A stretch of DNA of 63,879 bases, counting the filler, from Sphacelaria rigidula (Eukaryota), in NCBI GenBank assembly GCA_964200075.2. It is 10 parts of 10 records of this genome, joined end to end, with 100 filler letters (N's around TTAATTAATTAA, not from the genome) between each part and the next. Parts side by side here need not be neighbours in the genome. Positions count along the whole stretch, not along the records: positions 6,400 to 12,698 come from CAXNAA020020937.1; positions 12,799 to 19,097 come from CAXNAA020020938.1; positions 19,198 to 25,495 come from CAXNAA020020940.1; 7 more parts are not named here. One strand, 5' to 3'. A program made the translations under genes and the position numbers. How positions within the stretch are numbered: the stretch's first letter is position 1; every line of letters begins with the position of its first letter. Shown in pieces: positions 11,901 through 24,989 of the stretch. The notes under the pieces were generated by a model. The model was not told the origin of the DNA. It was given only the letters and a program-made list of their open reading frames with translations, and made no database searches.

Positions 11901-14405
11901 TGTGTTATGTGGTGCTTTCCTCGTTATGCCTAATATTTTCGTACACATGGCTGTCTCTCTAGAGGTGCATGGTTAGAACCCTGCAATTCTTTTCGCTATA
12001 GTTGGTGATCATGGCCCCTGGGTTTGGCCTCATTGCTGTCTGGCTTCACGTGTTGAGTTGAGTGGACCAATGGGCCCGGCCTACAGTAACCCGAATGGTC
12101 GCCTGCGGCGTCGGAACCCAGGAGGATAGCAGTATTTTTCCTCCTTTTTTTTTTTTTAATCATTACTATTCTTCCTTAGTTTTCTTATTTTGTCGTACGG
12201 CGTCTATGTGAGTGTTCTGAGTCCGATTTTTAACTTTTTTCACCCTATTTTGGGTACTTAGCCTGTGACCGCGGAAGGCGTCCGCATCAGATGCCCAGAG
12301 CAGAGTACTGCGCAGATATTGGAACGATTTTTGATGTGAAGACAACGACAAGATAACAACACACATCATAGTACTTCTCGGATATTATGTTTTTTTTTTT
12401 CACCCCTCTCCCCATCCTTCCTCTGGTCCCGGTTTTCCACATCTGTTTTGCACAGTCCATTTCTCCATTCTCGATCACAGATGGCGAAATGAGAAGGGGA
12501 TAAAGACATGTTAAAGGTTCTCATGTATTATATGGAAGGAACGTGATGAGCGCCCAAATGTTAGAAATGTTTCTCAGGAGGAGAAACGGTGCTCTGTCTC
12601 CAAAGGGATGCGTGGTCGATGGTCAAACGGCAAATGACCAAGACAAACGACAAATGAGTACGCTCCCCCCCCCTACCCCCCACGCCACCCCCGCTCCCNN
12701 NNNNNNNNNNNNNNNNNNNNNNNNNNNNNNNNNNNNNNNNNNTTAATTAATTAANNNNNNNNNNNNNNNNNNNNNNNNNNNNNNNNNNNNNNNNNNNNGA
12801 TCTAGCTCGACTACCATCATGGTTACCGCAAACAAACGCAAGCGCGCACAAAAATCGGTAAACTGGTTGCCTAGCTTACGCAGCGAATGGCGTGTTTTAC
12901 AGCGTCATCGCCAACCGACGCCAACCCCATCGGGGGTCCGTCCCTTCAAAGTCGGGACGGAGCACGCCGGGTTCTCGCCGGACCAGGGTGGGGGGCGGGG
13001 GTGGGGAGTCCCGTCGTAATTAGCGAAGTCAAGAAAGCACTCGCTGGACATCTTGGAGCACTGGTATTGCAGTCGTCGATATTGATTTTAAGTCGTCAAT
13101 CCTTTCATCACCCCGAAACCCCAGTAAGACGCTGAACGGATGTGCTTTTGCGGGGGAGAAGGGTTTGGAATATTCTAGTGTTATTGACGGAGAGATGACG
13201 CCTACACGGAGCAAGCGGCTGCCTAGCATTAGCCGTGCATTGCAGCCATTTGGGAAGAGTCCACGGCCAGCAGCATGATTCCGTCTCTGTACAGCAAAGC
13301 CGTAGCGATGATCTTGCCATCAACATATCTACACACGGAGACGTTCAAAGATGTAGAAGAATGATTTATGAAGAAAGAAAATGGTCACCCTCCTCCCTAA
13401 CCATGGCCAAAAGGCTGTTGTACACCTGCCAGCGAAACATAATTGTCTTTGCATACAAATGCACTCTGTGGTAAAATGCGCCATCCGAGGGAGCTTGAGG
13501 ATTTCAGGAAAATTTATAGAAGAATTTCAGACGTTGAAACTTCGACCGAGCGTTGGATTTCTGGCAGATTCGGAGTTTCGTTGGTACTTGTGCTTGAGGT
13601 GTTTCGGGCTTAGGACAACAGTTGCGACAAATATGCGTGCTGCGAACCTTCTCACGAGTAATCATTCGGTATTCCGCGCAGTTCATTTCACAAGCTATGC
13701 ATGTCGCTGAGGGGCATGCAGTATTGTGAGTGGAACAAGAACACTTCAACATTATTCATCAACTGAACAAATGAAAGACACTCGTGAAATATGTGTTGCA
13801 CCCACAAAATAACCGCAGCATCTGCTGAATGAGTGTTACCACATTATATACCACGTATTGACAGTAGATAATATCTCCAATATCTAAATTACACGATTTC
13901 AACATGGGAACAAAGGACAGTGGCCAAGGAAGGATATGTCTTGTCTTGGCCACTTTAGAGTACAGAGGTCAGTGCAATTTTGCAGCGGCGCACAGAAGAG
14001 ACATCCCGGACCCGATTCCACTCGCTTGTGCCGAGACGTCGCAGCATCGCTTCATTCCTATACATGTACCGCATGTGATGCGGAAGAACACAAGCGGGAT
14101 AGTGTTTAGCATAGCTACGAACACGTTGCAAGTAATTCACCAGAGCTGCCCTGCGGTAAAAGCAACTCAACATGGCGAGGTACACTTGCTCGTCTCTGTT
14201 TTCCTTCCGCGTAGCCTTTCCCTGGCAAACTATATACCCTATCGTGGACCGAAAAGGTACGCGTCGACTCTATTGATTGTTTTGATTGATTTGATCTGAT
14301 CGATCCGGTCCGCTACCGATCCAGCCATGATGGTCCCAAGACGGACCTCCCCTAGATAAATAAACGGAAACACGAGCGGACGGAAACTCGAGAAAGGAAA
14401 AATAC

Positions 14406-15014
14406 TAGTGCTGTGAACTGGCTGCCAGTTTAACTGACCAGTTGCACTTAACTGGTACAACTGATCAACTGATCGGTTTTGTAACCAGTGAAACCAGCGA
14501 TTCCATCCGACGTATGTGCCATATACTCTAAAACATTCAGTGTACATATGTATGTGTCATACTCAGATCAATATTTTTGATGTATTATCGTACCATGACA
14601 GTGGGGATGCTGTTCAAGAGGCGAGCACATTCATACTACAATCACCGCAGAGAAGAAGAAAAAAACAAGGAAGGGGTTGTGACGACGATCCTGAATGATC
14701 CTCTTCCCCGGTGGAAGAAATATGAGCATGCTTTCCTGCTGGTGGCCAAGCTCGCTCGCCGGGTGCTTGCTATTCCAGCAACCTCGGCGCAGTCAGAGCG
14801 TCCATTCTCCCTCGCAGGATTTGTCGTCACAGAGAAGCGCAATAGGTTGGGGGCGGAGAATGCCGCGACTTTGTTGTTCTTGCGCACCGTGTGGCCCGTC
14901 ATTGATGCCATCAAGAACAGTACGGCAACGGCCAACGCTAGTAATGACGTCTCGTCGTCGGTGGGACGAGGGGTACAAGTACACCGCAGGGGCAGCCACA
15001 GCAGATGCTGGTGA
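14406..15014 (+). mobile_element. hAT transposon remnant: left terminus plus transposase C-terminal dimerisation domain (about 14690-14900)
   Basis: DPLPRWK...LARRVLAIPATSAQSERPFSLAG..VTEKRNRL...LLFL matches the hAT dimerisation domain. TAGTGCTGTGAAC at 14406 resembles the reverse complement of a terminus near 43637-43649, and both carry actgacca subterminal motifs. Confidence 0.88.
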
Positions 15015-15785
15015 CTGCGCCCACCTCGTTCGTTTGCAGCAGGTAGTTCTATTCTTTCTCGGGGTTGAAGGGTAAGAGTACCGTGAGCAGTTGGCACTAA
15101 TATACTGCACGATACCGGCGACATGGCTGGAATTATGGTGCACGGGTGGCCACTGGTACACATTATGCGCACTTTGAAGCGAAACCTCGGGTATGATACG
15201 TTTTTTTTATTTTGGGGAAGAGCGTGTGTAGAGCGTGAGTTGAATTGTTATCGCACACGTTCTCACTCGTGTAACCGCACCAAACTCGTCTATAGGCTGC
15301 GGTATGTGTTTTGCGAACCGGTTCATGCCGTTCGCATGCTGTTCAACTTGTCCATAATTCAGGGACGTTCCAAAATGCGGATATCGTACCGTAACGTGTG
15401 CCAACGGCCACCCCTGTGGATTAGAAATTTGGCACGGACAGTTGTTGAGCGGATCTGAAATATGAAGCAAGATCGCGTTTCGTAGCGTCGTTTTGTGTTC
15501 GTTACTTAATTCTGTCGGCATCAAGCACTGAGCGTTCAGTGGTGGCTGGTCAATATGATACCGAAGCACGAGGAATAGTCGAGGTTTCTGCTGAATTTTC
15601 CTGGCTGATAAGGTCACACTCAACAACGTTACTAAGTTGTCGTGCTACTACAGTAGTAGTACCTAGCGCTTGGGTGGTACACGTCGAGCGCTATGTATGC
15701 TGCATTACTGTCTCACCGCTTCGTTTTTAATTCACGTTGCAAAGTACAGTGATATTTCATTTTTCCCCATACACACATATATATA

Positions 15786-16702
15786 CTCCCTCTGTTTCGG
15801 AATATAAGTCCGATTTGGATTTTCCAGATATAAGTCCGGTTTGTATTATATGCTCCAAAACAGGACTTGTAGTCACTGTGGGAGGTCAGACAACGTTTGT
15901 TAACCCATCGGATATCATATCGGACGAAAACAAAATAACGGAGGCAAGGGGGGGATAGTTGGCTATCGTCCCCTGGTTGGTCAAATCCAGGGAAATCCAA
16001 CCTGATCGTACCTTGGGACACGGGAGAAACGTCTGCGGGCGCTCATGATGCATCGTCCGAGTTGAAACAAGGTCTTTCCGGGCGTGTTCGATGACGGAGA
16101 CCCGTACGTCAAAAAGGAGATGTCGGGCATGAATTTCGAGGGGGTCAATTTGTCGTGTGAAGAGCACAGTGTCGCCGCAGTGGCGTCATTGAATTGTCGC
16201 TCTTTACAGCAGTAGTTTTCGCACACGCTCGACAATCATACGGGGTACTCTGTTCTTTGCCATGCTACTCCGTAAGAGTATTCCACCGCAGTTCCTCATG
16301 CTCTTTCCCAACAGCAGCCGAACTTCTTCGCGGCTGCCGTAAACGCACCGTGCTTCAGCACCCTGTTGTTGCTGCCAGCGAGGAGGAACCGAATCACCTC
16401 TTTTTCCGAAGTGGTGAAATTCTTGCGTTTCATCACCTGGGAGGCACTCCAGGCCGCGGACATGCCTCACCAGAAGAGAGGAAAGCTTCTGACCGAAGGT
16501 TTAAGGTTGGGGTGGTGATTTCGAGCGACTTCTGCTGGGTTGGGAAGCACGTTTTTGGAGGAAAGTTTGAAAAACACCGGTTCTGGACGAAAGTTGTTGG
16601 TTCGGGAAAACCAATTAAAAAAACGGTTCGAGAAAAAGTCAGAGGCGCTCGAGATAGACCGCATGTTGTCCAAATCGGACTTATATTCTGGAACAGAAGG
16701 AG
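15786..16702 (-). mobile_element. Deletion derivative of a plant/oomycete-type (DD39D) mariner with Stowaway-like TIRs
   Basis: TIR CTCCCTCTGTTTCGGAATATAAGTCCGATTTGGA and its near-perfect inverse, both flanked by TA. The minus strand keeps MKRKNFTTSEKEVIRFLLAGSNNRVLKHGAFTAAAKKFGC and SKFMPDISFL...VPRYD remnants. Confidence 0.8.
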
Positions 16703-16859
16703 TATATATATTTTTGCACCGATTACGTGCTCGAACTGCTGGCGCTAGGCGGCTAGAATTTAATGCGATTTTGAAGAGGTGTGAAGCCAAATGGCGTATT
16801 TGTTTTCCCTGTAGCGACGCCTCCGCATGGGGGGACCTTTACGTGACTCAAAGTTAACG

Positions 16860-18420
16860 GTTGCGGAATGATCGTCTCGATACGCTCGCACTTTGCTTTC
16901 TCGAGCACAACTCTGTGTGGAAGAGCTTCGTGTCCACTGCGTCCTCAGCCAATTGCTCGCAGTGAAAAGTTCGTGGAGAGCAGTGCGCAGGCTCTCGAAG
17001 TCCTCCGGGTGCAGCGTCTACGTACTGTAGCACACCCGTATGGCGTAGCTCCCCATCACCCCTGCTTGAGCAGCCGAAGTTTGAGCAATATCCGAGTATT
17101 GGGTCGGCCATAGACTTCGGAGCTTTTCTGTAGGAGGCACACCCGCGGCCACGCAGCGCTGACGCTGCACTTGATTTCGATACAAGTACTCACGTCTGCA
17201 CTGACAGCACCACTACGGTAGACAAACCCGGCTGTCTGCTCACACGGTTGGCTTGCCTCTTCAACATGCAGTACTATCTCTGGAAAGCTGGGTACTGAGC
17301 ACAGGCACATGGACTCTTGTCTTGTTCTCCTGCATTGGTACTCCGAATTCCTCACCGACCACTCCTGTCTCAGCCATCATCGCATAGCAAAATCACCTAG
17401 AGACCTCGAGATCACACACGCGTGATCCGTGTGTAGCATCCCCTACACCGCGTGTCGCGTGTCGGTTATCGACCGTTGGCACCAGAATCCACGCCATTCT
17501 TCCGGCAGAATCCCGACCTCTTCACCGAAAGTACCGAGCCTGTCGGCTACGGCGTTTAGGAAAATTTAAACCAGCATGCGCCACGACGAAGATGTCCCTA
17601 CAGCTGTTACAGTCGACCCAATCCTTCTTGTGCCGCATTTGGATGGTGGCGTCCTTTCACTTGTGCGGCACCTTGCCAAACGTCTAAACAGCAAGGACAA
17701 TACTGTGGAAGACGTGGAGTGTCTCCGATGACTCCCCGACCGATCCAATCTTGAGGAGTTCCGCAGGTAGCCCATTAAATCTAATGGCTTTGCCGTTAGC
17801 CAGAGATCTCAGTGCCCCATCTGCTCCATACAGGAATAGTGGGGCTGAGAACGACATAGCTTTCGGTCGTGGTGTGATGTTTTCGATGGCGATTGAGTTG
17901 ATAGTTAACGATAATGTATTCAGCAGGGTAGAGAACCGCCCTTATCTTCTCTCATGGATATGATCCCTGTGCTGTACCAGAGCCCCGTCCTTGTCCTTGA
18001 CGTATTGCTTGAGCTCTGCGTTGTCGCTGTCCACTACATCAGACGCCCATGTCGGCCTCTCGCGCCTCCAATTCTAATGAAGTTTTCCGACTCCCTCGCA
18101 TACACGTCCAAGTACTTGTCCAGCCCAGCTGGAAATCGCCTGTTTGAACCTTCTGCACGCTGTTCGCCAGGGCACCATGCAAAAGCTACTTCTCGGCCCT
18201 ACTCGTATCGCCGGCCTCGCCCTCTTCCACTCATTCCAGGCCCCTTCGAACGCGAATCGGATCGCATCATCCTCAAACCACTACACCGAGCTGTCGGGTC
18301 GAACATGTCATCACTCCTCTGCGGATCTCCAGAGTATATCGGCGAATGCGGCTGGTAGCCCATCCACCGACAATATATCCGCGGTTCGCTGGCGATAAGC
18401 TGCATGACTTAGTCACGTCT
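16860..18420 (-). mobile_element. Decayed RTE-like LINE fragment
   Basis: The minus strand near 17470-17580 reads AVADRLGTFGEEVGILPEEWRGF..QRSITD, homologous to the RT region of the 10.9-kb LINE. Boundaries approximate. Confidence 0.65.
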
Positions 18421-19411
18421 GTCCATGTCACACCTTATTTTGCATCTATCTGTGGATTCGTGCACAATAGACAGGGCTGCGGAATAACCGCGGTATAGTC
18501 AGCTTCGATCCGTCCCGTGAAGAAGAGTGCACGAACGTTGTGGGGTCGTCAACGGGAGCTCCCCGATACCGAACCTGGCTCTAGCTCTACATACATCTAC
18601 ACGCTTTACTTCTTCGTCACGGGTTCTAGCCTGGCCGTCTTTCCAATCTTCCGTTCAAGCAATTTGCATCCTTGTTCCTATCGTTCCCTTGCTCTGTTTA
18701 TTCAGGTACATGCCTCGCATGTCGGTCTCACAGGGAGGGCGCAGTTGGGACGGCGCAGTCGTCCCAGCCCGCGTTGGCTGCTAGCTCCCCTCTCCCGAAT
18801 CTGGTCCTTTGCTCGCTCGCCGTGTCTCTATCCACGCGTTTGCAGCGTCATTCACAACTCTGGGTAAAACTCCGTAGCTAGAGCATTGAACCTCGAGCTC
18901 AACACTGTCGACGATGTCCATCGACTAGTTTGTATATTGGGTCCCCACCAATACAGTACGGACAAGTCCAAAGGTCATGTCGCCCTCCCATACGCGTGCG
19001 GTTGTGTCATTTGTTTGCTTGTTAGATGTGGTTTCCTCGACGCAGCCATCTTCGGTCGGGGGGGGGGTGTAGTCATGATCATGCATGCCATTTGAGANNN
19101 NNNNNNNNNNNNNNNNNNNNNNNNNNNNNNNNNNNNNNNNNTTAATTAATTAANNNNNNNNNNNNNNNNNNNNNNNNNNNNNNNNNNNNNNNNNNNNATC
19201 TGTGTTTGTGCTGCAGTACAGTGAAACAAGACATGCTTCATGTTTTAGTTCTTCGGCTGATTTTTAACGGGCCCTCAGTCTGTGCAGGGTGCCGGTCTTG
19301 AACGCTCGGACATGATCGCCCTTCGCGCAAATAATTAAATTTACTACAAAATTATCCCCATGTATGGGTGCTGTGCCATTTTCTTGTTGTGTGTTTGGTT
19401 TTCGCTCTTGA

Positions 19412-19556
19412 CCCTTTGGGAACCCAGTACTGATTTTTGTTTTTTGTGAATCGACATAATTTTCAGACATTTTCATCAGCATGATTTTCCGTCATTTTCA
19501 AGTCGAACCGATGCCCATTCACAAAAAACAAAAATCAGCACTGGGTTCCTAAAGGG
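19412..19556. mobile_element. piggyBac-like MITE (145 bp)
   Basis: TIR CCCTTTGGGAACCCAGTACTGATTTTTGTTTTTTGTGAAT and its inverse; flanked by TTGA and TTAA. Confidence 0.8.
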
Positions 19557-19862
19557 TTAAATTTCAGCTTTTTTTTTGTTCTTGTGTTGGATTTCATTCT
19601 TTGATTTTTATTGAGTCTTATTTTTGTTTCTTTAATTTTTGTTCTTCTCCTCATGTTTTGTTATTTTTTTAGTTTTTGCTTGTTGGCTAGCCGCTGCGTC
19701 CGTTTCGTGAAGTTGAAAGACTTGAAATACATTCAAGTATTCCAGCTTTTCGATTCATCATTCTTCTTGCTCTTGTTGCTTGCACACACACACACGCACG
19801 CACGCACGCGCTGGATTATGACACACATCCCTTCCCCTCCCACACTCTCGTCTATTGACTAG

Positions 19863-19989
19863 GTCAGGTGGCGAGTGGGAGCAAGCGCTCGCGTTATTGA
19901 GGGAGATGCGGACCGTGGGCATCACCCCTGACGTAATGACGTACAGCGCAGCCATCTCTGCGTGTGGGCACAGCAAGCGGTGGGAGGAG
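19863..19989 (+). CDS. Exon of a pentatricopeptide-repeat (PPR) protein; acceptor at 19862 or 19867
   Basis: GEWEQALALLREMRTVGITPDVMTYSAAISACGHSKRWEE is a canonical PPR motif. Pyrimidine-rich acceptor upstream; probable donor GAG|GCGAGT at 19990. Confidence 0.9.
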
Positions 19990-20673
19990 GCGAGTTGTTT
20001 TTCATCAACAGGAGAAATGGCCCCTGTTTTCTATATATTTCTATATATATTTTTTGATATTTCCATTACCCCCCCCCCCATCCTAGGCTCCGGCGAAAAC
20101 CCGGCGTGCTCCGTCCCAGCTCTGTAAGGATGCGAGGTGAATGGTCTGATGACTAAGGCATGCATGATCATGAGTACACCCCCCCCTTCCCCGTGCTCCG
20201 TCTCGAAAGGGATGCGTGGTCAATGGTCACACGACTAAGGCAAGCAAGACATGAGAACGCCCCCCCCCCCCTCCCCCGTCCTTTGCTCCGTCTCGAAAGG
20301 GATGCGTGGTCAATCGTCAGATGACTGAGTCAAGCAACGAAAGAGTACGCCTCTCCCTCCGCCCCCCCTCCCCCCTCCCCCCCGTACATTATATTCCCCC
20401 ACTGGTCCCTCCGCCCCTTGAAGGGTCATGATCCAAGTCACAGTGTCGTTGGGGACGGGTTGATGAAGTCATGCTCCAGTAAAGCTTTTTCGAAAACGGA
20501 TGATGTGTGTGTATGGGTGTATAGTAGTCAGCATCATAAGTCTTCAGAATTCGTAGTTGTTGTAGTTTTTGTGTTGTTCTCGAGTACTAATCTTCATTTA
20601 TGCTTGAAATTGCTTGCGCCGGTAGATTTAAGGGGAAAGCGTACGAGCTGGGCAAGCCTAGAGACGGGTTTAA

Positions 20674-21699
20674 CCCTTTTGGGACCGGACCCCCACTAAC
20701 ACAGGGTTGACCCTGTGTCAGTGGAATAATAAAAAATAAGTCTTCGAGCGACCTACTCAATCACAGCGAGGCGAAAATTACCGACCAGACCCGAACGACC
20801 AGCGCGGGGATTGTTGTCGGATATGATACCACTGCAAAGATCGTGTGGGGCCCTATCCCTGGCCCAGATAAGCCTTCCCGGGTTTCCAAGTGCAGGGCGG
20901 TCGCAGCTTGTTTATATGATATGACTTGCAGTCAGTATACCGTTCCCGAGTTTTTCTGGAGCGTTTTTTGGGTCCCAGATCAATACTGAAACGTAGTTAT
21001 TTACGCTAACACAGGGTAGGCCGGAAAAAACCGGGAAGGAGTGTACATGCTACCACGTGGTCATTTCCACCACGCCCTAAAACCAGGTGGGCTGTGGAAA
21101 GACAAAAGAATCTCCTGACATGAGTTCTGCATATCTCTCTGGCGATGACCTCCGGGGTTCAGTGAACAACGACGTAGTGGATGGGGATCAAGAAGCTGTA
21201 TATAGGCACTTGATCACGGTAGCCGAAAACTGCCCAAAACGTGCAAGGGTGTATGCCGCGGCAGCTGTTGCTTCAGTCGGAGAGGGATACTATACTGTTG
21301 TATGCATGAGCGCTGCAACGTTGATTCCCTTCGAAGAGGATTTGCCGCATGCAACAAGGGGGGAAATGGCGGCCCACCCCGACAACAAAGGGCTGTGTGG
21401 CAAGGTGATGGGGACAATAGTATCATCCAAAGCCACAAGTGGCGGGCGGCCCGCCGGTCGCCGCATCCTGTTGGAAGCTAGCTCTTTACCACGACTCATA
21501 CTGCTTGCTACATCAGATGTACATCACCTGATGCGCACGCTGCACCTGAAAATAGTTCGGATGAAACGTACGGTCTTCGTCATAACCCTGCGGTTACATA
21601 CGCGGATTCTCAGCAACACGCCACTTTTTTTTGCAGACGCCAGACACGTCATTCTTGACCAGCCTACTTGGTCGTTCTGGAGGCCCGGTCCCAAAAGGA
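20674..21699. mobile_element. Non-autonomous piggyBac-like element (~1.03 kb)
   Basis: TTAA|CCCTTTTGGGACCGG ... CCGGTCCCAAAAGGA|TTAA. Internal repeat ctaacacagggt near 20696 and 21006. Confidence 0.8.
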
Positions 21700-22573
21700 T
21701 TAAAGCTCTCAAAGCAATATCTCATCGATACAGACGAGTTGGGCAGTGATCCGCGTATCGTATTAATAATCCAATCAAGGAGAAGGTGCCCATCTGCTAA
21801 AAAATCTGGGACATTTTTTTCTCGCTTAATAAACCCCATGTATAGTAATTCCTATACCGTACGGAGATAGCGTCCACACTAAAATCTATATGAAACCCCG
21901 AACGATGCATTTAGCAGATGATGACTTTCTGTGTGGACGTTCCCTGGAGCACAGGGAGACGATACATACTCTCACCTTCACCTTGTTCGTGATCTATCTA
22001 GAGATGTGGCGCACATAAGTTTCCATACTGAAATCAATTTATTACGAGCGGAGGCACTAGACGCCCTGAATATGGGTATCGCGTCTCAGTTTTTGAGAGT
22101 TGTGCTATGAAATTTGGTGTGGAGAACGGGTAGTGCATTATGAAGGGGAAAAAAAAAATCGTTTTACCTTTTTCTTGTTTTTTTCGTTTTTTGTTCGTAT
22201 TTTTAGGGGAGTTTTGAGGAGAAATGAACATTGCTCTATCTCAATTTTTTAGCTCAATGTTGAAAATTCTGATTTGAAACTTGGCATGGAGAACTACAGA
22301 GGTATGCTGAATAAAAAAAATATATATGACCTTCATGTTTTGGCGGGGGGGGGGGGGAGAGGTTCGGGCGTTCTCGTAATAAAATGGTCGTTATCATACT
22401 ATTACGCCCTAAATCAGCGGGAAAAAAAATCAAAACCAACCTGATCCATTTTTGTTGGTTCATCATGACCTGGCGACGTCCCGCACAAAGTTTCAAAACG
22501 CAAACACGAAACGTGGGCCGGTAAACGGCCTGCAAAGTACTGTTCCGAATTTTCACCGGCCCGGTTTTCAAAA

Positions 22574-22841
22574 GGCGAATTCGCAACTTTTTACTTGGAG
22601 TTGGACAGTGAAATTTGGTATAGACATTCAACAGGGTATAAAGAAAAGATGTTCGTGGAGTCTCAAAGTTTTTTCATTATTTGCATGACTTCAGGGCAAT
22701 AATCAGTTGAAGGTTTTGGTAAAATGCCGTTATATAATCGGAAGAAAATTGAGACCCTACAACCAGCTTTTTTTCATGTCCTGTTGATTGTCCATACCAA
22801 ATTTCACTGTCCAACTCTAACTAAAAAAGTGCGAATTCGCC
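22574..22841. mobile_element. MITE-like element with long (~90 bp) imperfect TIRs
   Basis: GGCGAATTCGCA...GAGTTGGACAGTGAAATTTGGTAT pairs with ATACCAAATTTCACTGTCCAACTC...TGCGAATTCGCC. No clear TSD. Confidence 0.7.
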
Positions 22842-23867
22842 CGCGAACTACAAATCCACTTCTAGGCTGGCTCAGCTCCTAGGCCGCGCTCAAACTGCAG
22901 CGCCCACGTTGGTGTTTTGGGGGCGATACGGACTAGATACTCCGTTCATCAGGAGGGTGTTATTGGCGGTTTTTGGTCCAACAAAAACAGCATTCCGGCT
23001 CTTCCGCAACGAAACGGTAAACATTCAGATAAATGAGTACGCACACAATCCTTCGCAATGACGATCGAGATCGTGTTTCCCTCCTATACTGCACCTCAGT
23101 CTAACATTTTCTGCGGATGGCCTCTTTTCGTTTTTTTCGCTCAACATTTTCCATGAGAACTCGAAAGTGCTAGCGTCGATAGTTTCGACAAAATAAACAG
23201 ACCGTGCTCAAATCACAATGCCCAAGTTGGTGTTGTGGGGGCGATACGGAGTGAAAACCCCGTTTATCCGGGGGGTGTTATTGACCGTGAATGGTCCGAG
23301 AAATATAGTTTTCCGGCTGTAACGCAGTGAATAGGTGGAATTAAAAAAAAAAACATTTTTTGAGTCCTCACTTATATTTTCGAGATCGAGTCGGTCCACC
23401 GAAAATATATGAAAAGCTAGAACCTGGGGTTGCACTGTCGCAGGACCCCCGAAGATCGGTCAATACCTAAAGTCTCTCTATATTGATCGCAAGTATTTTT
23501 TCTTTCAATGTTTGTCGAGAGGATTATAATATCTCCAGATTCCCATTTTTTGGCATCCAACAGTCACGGTGATGAGCGGTGGCAAGCGAAACAAATTTGG
23601 AAAGCCTTTGAGAAACTAATAAATTACGAATTCTGCATACTTCTGACGCTGACTATTCGCTGTATGTGTATAAATGTGGACATGCTGTACACTGACACTA
23701 GGTACTGAACCGTTGACACGTGCACACATACATTTCCTGTGCAGGATATTCCTATTTTTGGTAAATGAAGCTCCAAAAGATGGGAGGTGAACTTCTGCTG
23801 AGCGTGATGCATTGCGGCTTGTTTTGCACAGTAATAAAAACTACCGTAACCTTTTTCATTTTCAATA

Positions 23868-24989
23868 CGAGCTGGTTCAGATTGAATACCCAAAATTTAT
23901 TTCCCGGCATTTCCTCACGCCGTTTTTTTGAGTTAGACCACGAAATTTTGCACACATGTTCTCGAGGGCACTATCTAAAACTCGAAGACCGGGGTTTTTC
24001 GATTTTGGGTTTTGGGGTCGAGATAGCCGGGATTCGCACCCCCCCCCCCCGGTCAACTTGGTCAACCGCGACCCTGGATAACTGGTGAAAAAACAATAAA
24101 AAAACGGTCTTGGAGTTTTCGTAGTGCTCTCCAGGACATGTATGCAAAAATTCGTGGCCAAACTCGGTAAAACGGCGTGAGGAAATGCCGAAACGTACGA
24201 TGAAGTATAAAAAGTCTGCGTGCCCCCTCCAATCACTTGATTGAGAACAGAATCGCCCTTTTTGAGGGTTGTTTTTACGGTACAAGACCCAGCCGATTCA
24301 GTTTTTTGAGTTGAGCAGCGAGAATTGATACACATGTTCCTCGGGATACCACCTAAACCCTAAGATGTCAAACTTTTGGTGTTGAGGTATTCTGTCCTGG
24401 TCTCCGGGATCTTTATGCTGGGACCCCCAGAAGCGGGTAGAGAACGGACACTCCTTGAAATCTGGCCAAGAATACAATTTTCATTTGAAGCATCAATACC
24501 TACGGAACTGCCAAGTTTGAGGATGATATGAGCTTTTCTACTACAGATAAAAGGAAATCGTCACGTGGCTCCGTGGGTCTCTTGTACGTATCATGGGTGG
24601 AAATTAGACGCCGCCAAAGCTCTACATCACCGAAATATTACGGTTTCGGGAAAAATTCGACCCCGTTGGAACCATTTTCAACTCTGTTTCTCCCGTAAGA
24701 TTCCCAAGCTGATGACGATTACTACGATTCGAACCATGTGGAGATTCGGTGAAAATTGGGCTTGAAATTCATGTTTTCAATTTCGGAACAATTTGAAGGG
24801 CGCTGATTGGTCGATACGCACTTTTGTTCACAGCGCCACCGCTATAGCCTTGAACAAAAATATGGATATGTCACCCGTTTTGTATGTTTATTGCGGCCAG
24901 TATGATACCACATTTGTCCGTGTTGGCTGGGTATTGCGTATGTCATCAGCCGGGGAATAAATTTTGGGTATTCAATCTGAACCAGCCTG
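23868..24989. mobile_element. Non-autonomous Tc1/mariner-like element
   Basis: TA|CGAGCTGGTTCAGATTGAATACCCAAAATTTATT ... AATAAATTTTGGGTATTCAATCTGAACCAGCCTG|TA. Confidence 0.8.

Noticed and set aside
20090..20180. CTGATGA plus upstream GAAA in the abundant repeat, suggesting a hammerhead ribozyme
   Set aside because: I could not build stems I and II around the core, and CTGATGA is not conserved among copies. An Infernal search would settle it.
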